64,000 nucleotides of DNA. Origin: an uncultured Chlamydiae bacterium (lineage in GTDB: Bacteria; Chlamydiota; Chlamydiia; Chlamydiales; JAJFMA01). The stretch covers positions 3,712,001-3,776,000 of the forward strand of contig CAVQMM010000001.1 in the NCBI GenBank assembly GCA_963713615.1. The letters run 5' to 3'. Positions 10,728-19,958 of this stretch are shown piece by piece (position 1 is the stretch's first letter; each line of letters opens with the position of its first letter). A program made the position numbers and the translations under genes. The notes beneath the pieces were generated by a model. That model worked only from the letters and a program-made list of their open reading frames with translations. It was not told the DNA's origin and did no database searches.

Positions 10728-11480
10728 TTATGGAACCTTTGGAAATATTTTTAGGCCGTACCCGTCTTTTTTTCCATTCCTACCAAGGATCTTCTTCTCC
10801 AAGATTTGGAAACTGCGATTTTCTTGCGAGGAATCGATCACATATCTTCCAATTGGATGGGCCACGAGATCGGCGATTTGCAGACCACAGCTATTGGTTT
10901 TTTTATTGGCCAGGATAATTTCAAATGGAAGACGTCTACTATGCCAGTTGCCACTGTCGACAATGCGTCTAAAGGCTAGCTCAAGGTCCTTATCTTCACT
11001 TGCTCCTCTTTGTTCAACAATAATGTTGGTTGCATGCTCAACTCCACTCTGATCTTTCAGGTAGGAGTAGGCTCTCTCAAGGCAGAATTTAAGAGCGGTT
11101 TCATAGGGACTATGTGGCTGGCTATACTTCTCCTTAAGACGCCTTTTGTCGATGACTGTGGCAATAATTGAAAATGGCAGTTCTTCCATTAATTGATTCA
11201 ATCGAGAGAAGAACCTTTCCCGAAGCTCCTCTGATACCCTTAGAAAGCCAAAGTCTTTTTCAGGTCTTCTAATCTCTCTATTGTGCAAAATTGCTAAATC
11301 GTGCCCCCAGAAATCAAATTTGAACTGGTTGACCATAGGGAGTACAATCCCGGTGTAGTCCGATTTTTTAAAGATGCAGAATGCAAGTACAAATACTGGA
11401 TGTTGTTCGTCAACTGATGTTAGGGAATGGTCTCCGCTTTCATCCACATATATGATATACTCACCAAAACCGTTCGACAT
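10728..11480 (-). CDS. DUF3800 domain protein
   Basis: YVDESGDH, LHNREIR and GLQIADLVA motifs, and a C-terminal GYGLKIFP. Confidence 0.88.
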   Translation of the reverse strand: MSNGFGEYIIYVDESGDHSLTSVDEQHPVFVLAFCIFKKSDYTGIVLPMVNQFKFDFWGHDLAILHNREIRRPEKDFGFLRVSEELRERFFSRLNQLMEELPFSIIATVIDKRRLKEKYSQPHSPYETALKFCLERAYSYLKDQSGVEHATNIIVEQRGASEDKDLELAFRRIVDSGNWHSRRLPFEIILANKKTNSCGLQIADLVAHPIGRYVIDSSQENRSFQILEKKILGRNGKKDGYGLKIFPKVP

Positions 11481-11592
11481 CCCCAGTATCCCAATAATTT
11501 TTAGAGTTTGGATAGCCTTTATACGCGAACGCAGGACCTAATCCAAGCAAAAAAACTTCAGCTCTATACGATTCTGAACTGACCATGAAGCC

Positions 11593-12831
11593 CAGGGAAA
11601 TTGCATGAAGAAATGATTTGACTATTTTTCAAATTGTTGCGACTACTTCTCCTTTTCATCAGGGAGATGTATAATGTCACAACAACATGCAGTCAGAGAA
11701 ACTTCTATCATGCTCGCGTTTTCAATCCTACCAGATCCTCGTAAGGCAAGAAACCATGCCTACAGTGTCTCCGAGATCGTATCGATCGCCATCCTCGCTA
11801 TACTTTGCGGGGCTGATGATTGGGTAGAGGTTAGCTTATGGTCTGAGTCTAATCTTGAATGGTTACACGAGCTTCAAATGTGTTCTGATGGTGTCCCTTC
11901 GCATGACACTTTCTCGCGCTTTTTCCGCTTTGTCAACCCACAGGCGTTTGAGCGGTGTTTTATTAACTGGACTCAGCATATTGCCAAAACGATAGGTGGC
12001 ATCATCGCTTTGGACGGCAAAACCTTATGCAACTCTTCCGATACGACAAATGATGTAAGAGCCATTCATATCGTGAGTGCATTTTCAGCGGAAAATCAAC
12101 TTGTTCTAGGGCAGCTTGCAACAGAGCTAAAATCCAATGAAATCACTGCTTTTCCCTTGCTTCTTGCCATGCTCGATATTAGGGGTGCTACAATTACAGT
12201 GGATGCCGGAGGATGTCATAGGCCACTTGTTAAGCAGATCGTGGAGCAAGGAGGAGACTACGTGATAGGTCTAAAAGGGAATCAAGGACATCTACATGCT
12301 GAGGCTCAAAACTTTTTTGAGCAAGTGGTTGAAGGTCTACCGGAAGCCAGTGGTTGTGACTTTTTTGTGAGCGAAGAAAAGTCGCGAGGACGAGTTGAGA
12401 AACGAGAAGTTTGGGTATGTGAAGATCTTGAGTGGCTACCACAAAAAACAGAATGGACAGGTTTAAGGAGTCTTGCCGCAGTTAGGAGTACAAGAACAAT
12501 TAAGGGTGTAACTTCAACAGAAACACGGTTTTACATATCCAGCCTCTCGTCCGATGCGAGGAAAATGGCCCATGCGATACGCTCTCATTGGACAATTGAG
12601 AACCAGTTGCACTGGCAGCTAGATGTATCCTATGCAGAGGATGGATGCAAAGTAAGAAAAGATAATGGGGCGGAAAATTTTTCCGTGCTTCGACGGGCCA
12701 CGCTAAATATTTTAAAGGCAGATAAAAAGACAAAGGCAGGGATTAAAAATCGCCGTTCGAAAGCAGGGTGGAACCGTGGCTACTTATTGGGGTTGCTTGG
12801 CGTAAACTAAATTCTTCATGCAATTTCCCTG
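11593..12831 (+). mobile_element. ISAs1-family insertion sequence
   Basis: 20-bp perfect TIRs CAGGGAAATTGCATGAAGAA / TTCTTCATGCAATTTCCCTG. No target duplication seen. Confidence 0.92.
11674..12810 (+). CDS. ISAs1-family transposase
   Basis: PSHDTF, IALDGKTL, KSNEITA and RSHWTIENQLHWQLDV motifs. Confidence 0.95.
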   Translation: MSQQHAVRETSIMLAFSILPDPRKARNHAYSVSEIVSIAILAILCGADDWVEVSLWSESNLEWLHELQMCSDGVPSHDTFSRFFRFVNPQAFERCFINWTQHIAKTIGGIIALDGKTLCNSSDTTNDVRAIHIVSAFSAENQLVLGQLATELKSNEITAFPLLLAMLDIRGATITVDAGGCHRPLVKQIVEQGGDYVIGLKGNQGHLHAEAQNFFEQVVEGLPEASGCDFFVSEEKSRGRVEKREVWVCEDLEWLPQKTEWTGLRSLAAVRSTRTIKGVTSTETRFYISSLSSDARKMAHAIRSHWTIENQLHWQLDVSYAEDGCKVRKDNGAENFSVLRRATLNILKADKKTKAGIKNRRSKAGWNRGYLLGLLGVN

Positions 12832-12892
12832 ATCTGGTGGGAGACCAAATTTCCGGTGCAGGACTAGGGGTGTTTAAGATTGTTTTAAGATT

Positions 12893-13357
12893 TTGGTCTT
12901 AATTACTTTTTTTCCAATGCTTGTTTGCGCAGGCGAAATGATGCCCAACGAGCTCAACGCAGTCGAAGAATTACCTATAGATACAAGAAGACAGATTTTT
13001 ATACATGAAACAATAAGAGATTACAAGCCAAGCAATCACTCCAATGTAGCAACTGCTATTTCAAATAGTTGCTTGACTGAGCCTGAGCGAAAGGAACTGC
13101 TCTTATCTCTTGAGAAACAAAGTAAACTCCTATATGAAATGACTACCAATGTGTTGTTTCCGTTGCTCCATAGATCAATTCCTTCTAATTACGTCCTGAA
13201 TGAAATAACCAGCTTAGAAAAAAGTGGAAAAATTGAAGTTGGGATAACTGAGTTTATATCTAATGCTATTCATGCAGGTTTTAGTTTAGATGGTTCTCTC
13301 GAATATCTTAGAGAACAAATTAAGGAAGAGCGAGAAAATAAAAAAAGTAAACAATAA
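12893..13357 (+). CDS. Hypothetical protein, possibly exported
   Basis: 154-aa AT-rich ORF with a hydrophobic N-terminus. Confidence 0.55.
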   Translation: MVLITFFPMLVCAGEMMPNELNAVEELPIDTRRQIFIHETIRDYKPSNHSNVATAISNSCLTEPERKELLLSLEKQSKLLYEMTTNVLFPLLHRSIPSNYVLNEITSLEKSGKIEVGITEFISNAIHAGFSLDGSLEYLREQIKEERENKKSKQ

Positions 13358-13632
13358 AAACATGAAAGAATCTCCGAAAGACTTTGTTATGCGAGGTTCT
13401 GGTAGGCTTTTTGTGCATAGGGCCTTTTTTACATTTTCTCAGCTTCGATTTTCGGCAAAACTCAGATCTTCATGAATTTTGTGTTCCCCCATCGGCCATC
13501 AAATCAAAAATCCGAAAAAACACTCTTTTTCTTTGAGAAACTCGCTAACTGAAACGGCATCTTTCCGATGACTATACAGCTCTAATTCTAAGAATAATTA
13601 TTCATGGTCTGATCTGGCTGCCATAGAACTCC

Positions 13633-14430
13633 TTAATAATAACTTAAACCTGAAAAGTCCCCGTAAAGCGGATGCTGCGGCTCGTGGAATGAGGCCATCT
13701 GCTTTCGATACAATTCCTCATCTTCCGCCTGGGTTGTGGCTCTTCTTAAACTCATCACCAGGTACCTAAAAGCGTCACTTCCGTTTGAGAAATGATCGTA
13801 CCTAGGATGGTCACGCCATACACCTAAAGTTTCGTTCCATTCTTTCCGATAGTTTTCCAGAGCTCGGATTCCCTTTTCGCACTTCACCTCATCAAACCAG
13901 CAACGATTTAGCAAGTTTCTCACGGCGTCTATACCTTCTTGCAACCCAAGCCTTGGCAAAACTGCGAATTCAAGCCCAAGATTCCTAGCAGTCTGCACAC
14001 GTGTCAAGCCAGAGCCTAGCTCGTGGCTGCTGGCATCATGCGGAGCAAAAACCCTCTCCGTGACGTATGGTTTCCCTTTGATAACCTTTATATAGTGTGC
14101 CAGCGGCTCCCCTGAGTTTTCGTAATAGTCGATCAATCGCAACTCTGCCCCTAGCTTCTGATACCACCATATCGCCATAGCATCGTTAAAGCCCAAATCC
14201 ATAGCGACGAAGACAGGTAAATTCTCATCATGCGGAACATTTCCGATGCGTCTTTCTACACGTGCCTTGGTCATGTATTTGCTGTAATAATTCCCCTCAA
14301 GGTTAGCTTGGAATGCCTCTTCTGGCGTGCTAGGATACTCCCTTAGCATATCGTCCCCTTGGGTCTTATACTTCGTGGCATACCAGCCCATTTGTGTCGG
14401 AGAAATTGTGATACCATAGCTTTCTTGCAG
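13633..14430 (-). pseudogene. Phage terminase large subunit, C-terminal nuclease portion (5'-truncated)
   Basis: REYPSTPEEAF, AMDLGFNDAMAIWW, PHDA and SDAFRYL motifs. The frame continues upstream (LQESYGITISPTQ) until it meets the repeat arm at 14431. No ATPase domain is present. Confidence 0.8.
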
Positions 14431-14550
14431 CTCTTTCCTAATCCCTCTCTCTCCTATCTCGGTGTCTCGGCGCCTCGGCGGTGAAAATTCCTAACTCCTC
14501 TCCTCAACCCTCTCCTCCTCCTTCTTCTCTTTGCGCCTTTGCGTTAAAAA
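14431..14550 (-). repeat. Right arm of the family A inverted repeat
   Basis: Reverse complement of 10346-10456. Confidence 0.92.
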
Positions 14551-14647
14551 ATCTCACACAACACGACTGAAATTCCTCTATTGACAATAGCTAAGCGCTT
14601 GGATAGCCTTGATGTGCAATCGTTTGGCGATAGGGGAGGTTAATCTT

Positions 14648-16798
14648 ATGAGGTTGTTAATCAAGAGCTTTCGTATTTTCCTCATCGGGGCATGCTTATT
14701 TACGTCGACCCAGGGTTTTGCGTGGAATTATCCTCAGACACCCAAAGATCCGGTGATCGAGTGTTTGCATGGGGTCGAGGTTGTTGACTCATACCGCTGG
14801 TTGGAAGACGCCAACGATCCTCGTGTGGCAAAGTGGACGGCTGCTCAAAATAAACTTACTAAAGATTACCTGAGTAACTTGCCCTTAAGGCAGCCGGTGC
14901 ACGAACGCTTGGAACAGTTAGCAAGGGGTGAGACTCTATCGTTTAAAGATGTTCTTGAAGGAACACGCCGCTTTGTCTGGCTGAAAAAGCCTGAGAATGA
15001 GCATGCCATTTTCTATGGGCGTGAAGCGCCATCGGCGGAGCTTCAAGAGCTTCTCAATCCAAACCAGTGGGCCCAAGGACAGAAACTTGATTTTGCCGTG
15101 CCTTCGCGCGATGGTACCTATGTGGCCTTTGGGATCTCCTCAGGTGGTGATGAGTGTCCAGATATCAAAATCCTTCACGTAGATAGTGGGACTGTGCTTG
15201 CTGACAGTCTCCACGGGCGCAGACAAGGGTGGCCTAATGGCCTTGTAGCTTGGTTGCCAGAGAGTGAAGGCTTTTATTACTCTGCCTATCCCGAACCAGG
15301 TGAGGTAGCCCCTTCCGAAGCTGCCTATTGGTCCGCTGTTTATTATCATCGCTTAGGCACCACTAAAGAGAATGACGTCTGTGTCTTTTCCCATCCTACC
15401 ATCCGCGAAGCCAGTCACTGGATTCAGGTCACAGACGATGGGCGTTATCTTGTGCTAAATAGGGAACTCGCTAATCGAAACGAGATCTATCTTCAACCTA
15501 TCGGTGATCACCAAGCCAATCTCATTCCACTGACCGTTGGCTTGGATGCCAATAGCTCTGTAGCGATGGCTGGAGACCACATTATTTTACTAACAGATTT
15601 TGAAGCGCCGAACTACAGGGCATACCTGATTAATCCAACATGCCCCTGCAGAGACAACTGGCAGGAGTTGGTGCCGGAGACCAATGACCGCCTTTTGGCT
15701 GTTCATGGCATTGCCGGCTATTATTTCGCTGAGTACCTCCACAATGCCTATACAGTGATCAAGGTTCTCAATGCCGAAGGTGTTCCATTACATACAATCC
15801 CGCTGCAGAGCATGGGCACGGCTAGCTTGTCCGGATATTGGTCTAGCCCTGATGTGTGGGTGGAATTTTCCTCATTCGTGCATCCACTCCTTCACTATCG
15901 GTATGATTGCTACCGCAATGCCCTGGAGCCGATTGAAGAAGGCCCTAAGATTGTGGATCCCTCAAGGTTTATTGTAGAACAGGTATGGTACCCCTCTAAA
16001 GATGGTACGCGGATCTCGATGTTTCTCATCTTTGACCAAACCTATGGATCGAGAATGCCCTCTCGTCATGGTCGTCCAACATTATTAGCTGGTTATGGAG
16101 GATTTGGCATTCCTGTGACTCCTTTATTCTTGGATCTCTACATTCCTTTTTTAGAGGCGGGAGGTCTTGTGGCCATTCCGAATCTTCGTGGAGGAGGGGA
16201 ATATGGCGAGCAATGGCATAAGGCGGGTATGTTGGAAAAGAAGCAGAATGTCTTTGATGACTTCATCGCCGCTGCTGAATGGCTGACTAAAAAAGGATAT
16301 ACGAGTACTGGTCGCCTAGCTATTCGTGGACGCAGCAACGGTGGCTTGCTTGTGGGTGCTGTGATGACACAACGTCCAGAGCTTTTTCGTGCGGCATTGT
16401 GTGAAGTACCTCTTCTGGATATGGTCCGGTATCACCAATTTGGCTTTTCCAATATCTGGAGTGGCGAATATGGCAGTTCTGAGAATGTAGATCAGTTTCA
16501 GTATCTCATGAGATATTCTCCCTACCATCAAGTTGTGGATGGCGTTAAGTATCCAGCAGTTCTTATTCGTGGTGCTGAGAACGATGCACGCACTGATCCC
16601 CTTCACGCTCGAAAGATGGTGGCGCGTTTGCAGGCTGCAGATCCCCAAGGCTACCCTAAGCTGTGCCTAATCGACAAGGGCGCTGGTCATCTTGGTGGCA
16701 CTACGGTGAAGCAACAGGTGTCTCAAAAGGTTGCTACATTGACTTTTTTGATGGATCAACTCGGTATGAATGTCGGAGGCGCTGATGGCAGAAACTAA
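14648..16798 (+). CDS. Prolyl oligopeptidase (S9A), with signal peptide
   Basis: DSYRWLED, GYGGFG, NLRGGGEYG, GRSNGG (catalytic Ser) and GAGH (His) motifs. GGGGAGG RBS. Confidence 0.93.
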   Translation: MRLLIKSFRIFLIGACLFTSTQGFAWNYPQTPKDPVIECLHGVEVVDSYRWLEDANDPRVAKWTAAQNKLTKDYLSNLPLRQPVHERLEQLARGETLSFKDVLEGTRRFVWLKKPENEHAIFYGREAPSAELQELLNPNQWAQGQKLDFAVPSRDGTYVAFGISSGGDECPDIKILHVDSGTVLADSLHGRRQGWPNGLVAWLPESEGFYYSAYPEPGEVAPSEAAYWSAVYYHRLGTTKENDVCVFSHPTIREASHWIQVTDDGRYLVLNRELANRNEIYLQPIGDHQANLIPLTVGLDANSSVAMAGDHIILLTDFEAPNYRAYLINPTCPCRDNWQELVPETNDRLLAVHGIAGYYFAEYLHNAYTVIKVLNAEGVPLHTIPLQSMGTASLSGYWSSPDVWVEFSSFVHPLLHYRYDCYRNALEPIEEGPKIVDPSRFIVEQVWYPSKDGTRISMFLIFDQTYGSRMPSRHGRPTLLAGYGGFGIPVTPLFLDLYIPFLEAGGLVAIPNLRGGGEYGEQWHKAGMLEKKQNVFDDFIAAAEWLTKKGYTSTGRLAIRGRSNGGLLVGAVMTQRPELFRAALCEVPLLDMVRYHQFGFSNIWSGEYGSSENVDQFQYLMRYSPYHQVVDGVKYPAVLIRGAENDARTDPLHARKMVARLQAADPQGYPKLCLIDKGAGHLGGTTVKQQVSQKVATLTFLMDQLGMNVGGADGRN

Positions 16799-17216
16799 AG
16801 TTAAGACAGCAGGAAAACTCATCCATGTGGCTCAATACTTCAAAGATCGTGCAGGATGGGTGATGTTGTTTTTGCGTCGCACTCCTGATCAGGGTTACAC
16901 CTGGTTTGAGGAGGTAGAAGAGCGGCAGGAACAGCCGACCTCAGTGACTTCTGCCAGCGCCGAAGAGGCGCTGCGCTTGGCACATCGTCAATGGAAAAAC
17001 CATTCGTTTCGCACAATTCGTTGTGGGTATCGCTTCACATTACCAGAGCGTGATGAAATAGGCAGCAATGCGCTGTTTCACCAAATGATCGCTTCTTACA
17101 GCATCATGAATGGCATCTACTTCGATGAGGAACTGGGACATCAGTGCATTGTCAAAGAGATCTCGCAAGAAGCCCATGATCTTTGGAAGCGCCTCCAGGC
17201 CCAAGGCCGTTTATAG
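16785..17216 (+). CDS. Hypothetical protein
   Basis: 143-aa ORF overlapping the peptidase stop, with a GGAGG RBS. Contains CGYRFTLPERDEIGSNALFHQM. Confidence 0.75.
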   Translation: MAETKVKTAGKLIHVAQYFKDRAGWVMLFLRRTPDQGYTWFEEVEERQEQPTSVTSASAEEALRLAHRQWKNHSFRTIRCGYRFTLPERDEIGSNALFHQMIASYSIMNGIYFDEELGHQCIVKEISQEAHDLWKRLQAQGRL

Positions 17217-17227
17217 GCTCGTGTTAA

Positions 17228-17821
17228 TTTTTAACGCAAAGGCGCAAAAGAGAGCTCACGTTTGCGTCACACAATCATTTTGAATAGTTTTCTTCGTTTT
17301 GTAAATGTCCATAGGAGGTAATTGCAGAAGTCCGATTTCCCGAAGTCAATTTCCTGAAAATCGGACGCCGGTGAAGAGAGAGTCATTCCCTTCCCAGGCC
17401 CGAAGGGTCGATATTGCAACAGGCCATGGCATCGCCATGGTATATGCCAAAACGGTTTTAGCAGCCTGTAGGGCTGCCATAAAGCGCATGCATAAATGGT
17501 GTTTGTAAACTGGCGTCTTGTAGCAGTCCTTCAGACTGCGAAATCCCTTCCTGGCATATACCATAGCGATGCCATGGCCTATTGCAATATCGACCCTTCG
17601 GGCCTGGGAAGGGAATGGCTCTCTCTTCACCAGCATCCGATTTTCAGGAAATTGACTTCGGGAAATCGGACTTCTGCAATTACCTCCTATGGACAACATG
17701 GACATTAAGCCCAAAGTGCTTGTTAGGTTGAGGCCTATGGGGCGATGACGAATTGGACAATCAAAAAAAACATCTTCTTTTTTCCTAATCCTCCTAGATC
17801 CGTGTGCATCCGTGTTACTCC
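17228..17821. repeat. Nested palindromic cluster with a ~370-bp inverted-repeat element (17315-17686)
   Basis: Long arms starting GAGGTAATTGCAGAAGTCCG, flanked by TGTCCATAG/CTATGGACA. AACGCAAAGGCGCAAA and ATCCGTGTGCATCCGTGTT motifs lie at the outer edges. Confidence 0.9.
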
Positions 17822-18330
17822 TATTCCTGTCTCCTAGCCCCAATATTCGCAGAGCCGTGGCTGATGTTTAGGCGGTCACCAACCTTGACGCCATGCCTCT
17901 CAAACCACCCTGCATTCATTTCCAAGGCGTACGATACAGCAAAAGAACTACGCACTTCGTGCTGTTGAAAAAAGCGCACTACAGGATCATAAGGAGGGAG
18001 TCGATTCAATGCAGACACGTCTTTGATTGGTGCTAAGGCCATCATCTTGTCTGGATAGGCTTTGAGTTGATGGATCTCACGAATGACCCCATTGGCATCC
18101 AAATAAGCCAATGACAGGTCTATAAAGGTGTTGAGCATCCAGAAAGCCACTCGCCGAGGTGGGTGAAATTTGAACAACATCCCATGATTTTCCGGTAATG
18201 TACGACGTTGCATTAGGCCCCAGGCCATTTCATCAGGACTAACGGCATGTTCAAGGGTGATCTCGACGGCAGGGCTGGGCCATGCCAAGAAACAGAGGAA
18301 AGATGCGGTAAGGATTCGTACTAACAGCAC
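17821..18330 (-). CDS. DUF192 family protein
   Basis: GLMQR, GMLF, FWMLNT and YALEMNAGWF motifs. Confidence 0.9.
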   Translation of the reverse strand: MLLVRILTASFLCFLAWPSPAVEITLEHAVSPDEMAWGLMQRRTLPENHGMLFKFHPPRRVAFWMLNTFIDLSLAYLDANGVIREIHQLKAYPDKMMALAPIKDVSALNRLPPYDPVVRFFQQHEVRSSFAVSYALEMNAGWFERHGVKVGDRLNISHGSANIGARRQE

Positions 18331-18809
18331 GGGTCTAAGAGAGCCTTCTCCTCCTCCTCATCATTGCTTTCCAAATCGATAATATTGCTCCATATCTGAT
18401 GGTGCCAGCAATCGATGAGGCAGTCCTCATCATACAATTCCACCTTATATGTCATAATCCCGCAACGATTCCAATAGTCGTTGTCAACTAGACGATAGAT
18501 ATAACACCCACGAAAGCGGTTGACGCACACCTCTACGGTCTCTTCCTCACGGTTGCCAAAGCGCACAGTGAGTTCTAAGCGAAGTTCTTTTTTACGCTCT
18601 GTGACTTCAGGAAGACGCCATGAGATGATGAGCTCCTGTCCGGTGACAGGACAATACTGAAGAGGATTAGGAGTGTTCACCCAACTGCTTGCTAGCGTGC
18701 GCTTATCTATAAAATGCGTTTCCACAACGAGGCGCTGATTCTGACAGCTACTTAAGCTCACAAGCAGCACTAGGAGGAGAAGTAAACGACCGCGATCTAA
18801 CATGGGCAT
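18321..18809 (-). CDS. Putative lipoprotein
   Basis: Signal peptide with an LSSC lipobox, overlapping both neighbouring genes. Confidence 0.75.
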   Translation of the reverse strand: MPMLDRGRLLLLLVLLVSLSSCQNQRLVVETHFIDKRTLASSWVNTPNPLQYCPVTGQELIISWRLPEVTERKKELRLELTVRFGNREEETVEVCVNRFRGCYIYRLVDNDYWNRCGIMTYKVELYDEDCLIDCWHHQIWSNIIDLESNDEEEEKALLDPCC

Positions 18810-19888
18810 AGGCTCGCCTCAGCAGGCGAGGCGCTGTATGCTTGCGCCTCCAAGACATCGTAGGCCCATAGAACGATTTCCTCTGTCGCTTCCCAATCCA
18901 GGCAAGGATCGGTCACCGAAATCCCGGGATTCAAAGAACTTACACCTTCCTGGATGCTCTGACAGCCACTTAGAAGATAGCTTTCAAGGATGACGCCTAT
19001 AATATCTGAATTACCTTCCAAGATTTGGTCGATAATACTGCCAAAGACGACTTTTTGCCTGCTTGGCTCCTTGCCTGAATTATCGTGTGAACAGTCTATG
19101 AGCACCTTAGCACGCAGGTCCCTTTCAATCAGCAATGACAAGGTCCGCTGCACCGATAGGCGGTCATAATTCGGCTGTCCATTGCCCCCACGCAGTACCA
19201 TATGACAATAGGGATTGCCATTAGAACGTACCACGCTGATACGTCCATCATCATCGAGTCCAAAAAAACCATGGTGCGCTTTGGCTACTGTCAAAGCGTT
19301 GATGGCGATTTCTAAGTTGCCATCAGTCCCATTTTTAAAGCCTGTGGGGATGCATAAACCGGATACCATCTGACGATGAGGTTGTGACTCCGTAGTACGC
19401 GACCCTATAGAACCCCAAGAAATGAGATCGCCAAGATACAGGGGCGATGCGAGATCGAGGAATTCCGTGGCGGCTGGTAATTCCAAATCGGCAAGATCTA
19501 GCAGAAACTGGCGCGATTGTCGCAGGCCGTTTAGAAGATCATTGGATCCATCCAAGTCAGGGTCGTAGAGCAGACCTTTCCATCCCAAGCTTGTGCGTGG
19601 CTTTTCAACGTAGGCGCGCATGACCAGCTGAAATCGGCCAGCAACGCGATCGGCTAGCCCTCGCAATTTCTTGGCAAAATCCTTTGCTGCTGTGGTATCG
19701 TGAATCGAGCACGGGCCTATGACAAATAGTTTTCGAGAACTTGTACCCTCGAGGATATCAATGATTGCCTGGCGCGACTGTCGGATGAATTCTATTTGGC
19801 GTGTGGACGCAGGCAGCTGCTCTAGCAGTTCCCTAGGAGCAGGTAACGGCTCATGCGATGGCATTTGAGGGTAGTTAGGTTCGGACAT
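18797..19888 (-). CDS. aroG: DAHP synthase (class I-alpha)
   Basis: GPCSIHD, KPRT, GWKGL, GFKNGTDG, DCSHDNS and SVTDPC motifs. Confidence 0.93.
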   Translation of the reverse strand: MSEPNYPQMPSHEPLPAPRELLEQLPASTRQIEFIRQSRQAIIDILEGTSSRKLFVIGPCSIHDTTAAKDFAKKLRGLADRVAGRFQLVMRAYVEKPRTSLGWKGLLYDPDLDGSNDLLNGLRQSRQFLLDLADLELPAATEFLDLASPLYLGDLISWGSIGSRTTESQPHRQMVSGLCIPTGFKNGTDGNLEIAINALTVAKAHHGFFGLDDDGRISVVRSNGNPYCHMVLRGGNGQPNYDRLSVQRTLSLLIERDLRAKVLIDCSHDNSGKEPSRQKVVFGSIIDQILEGNSDIIGVILESYLLSGCQSIQEGVSSLNPGISVTDPCLDWEATEEIVLWAYDVLEAQAYSASPAEASLCPC

Positions 19889-19958
19889 AAGGCACCATGC
19901 AAAGTTGCAGAATCATTGGCCTCGGATGGTACAAAAACTTCGATTTAATGCCTAGCCT

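Noticed and set aside
13633..14430. Intact prophage or gene transfer agent
   Set aside because: Only a truncated terminase is present, with no portal, capsid, tail or integrase genes.
17305..17843. Short ORFs within repeats (also 5339-5738, 27055-27843, 29397-29612, 30305-30817, 38418-38615, 60469-60838)
   Set aside because: The same peptides recur at each repeat copy, so they are translations of non-coding elements.
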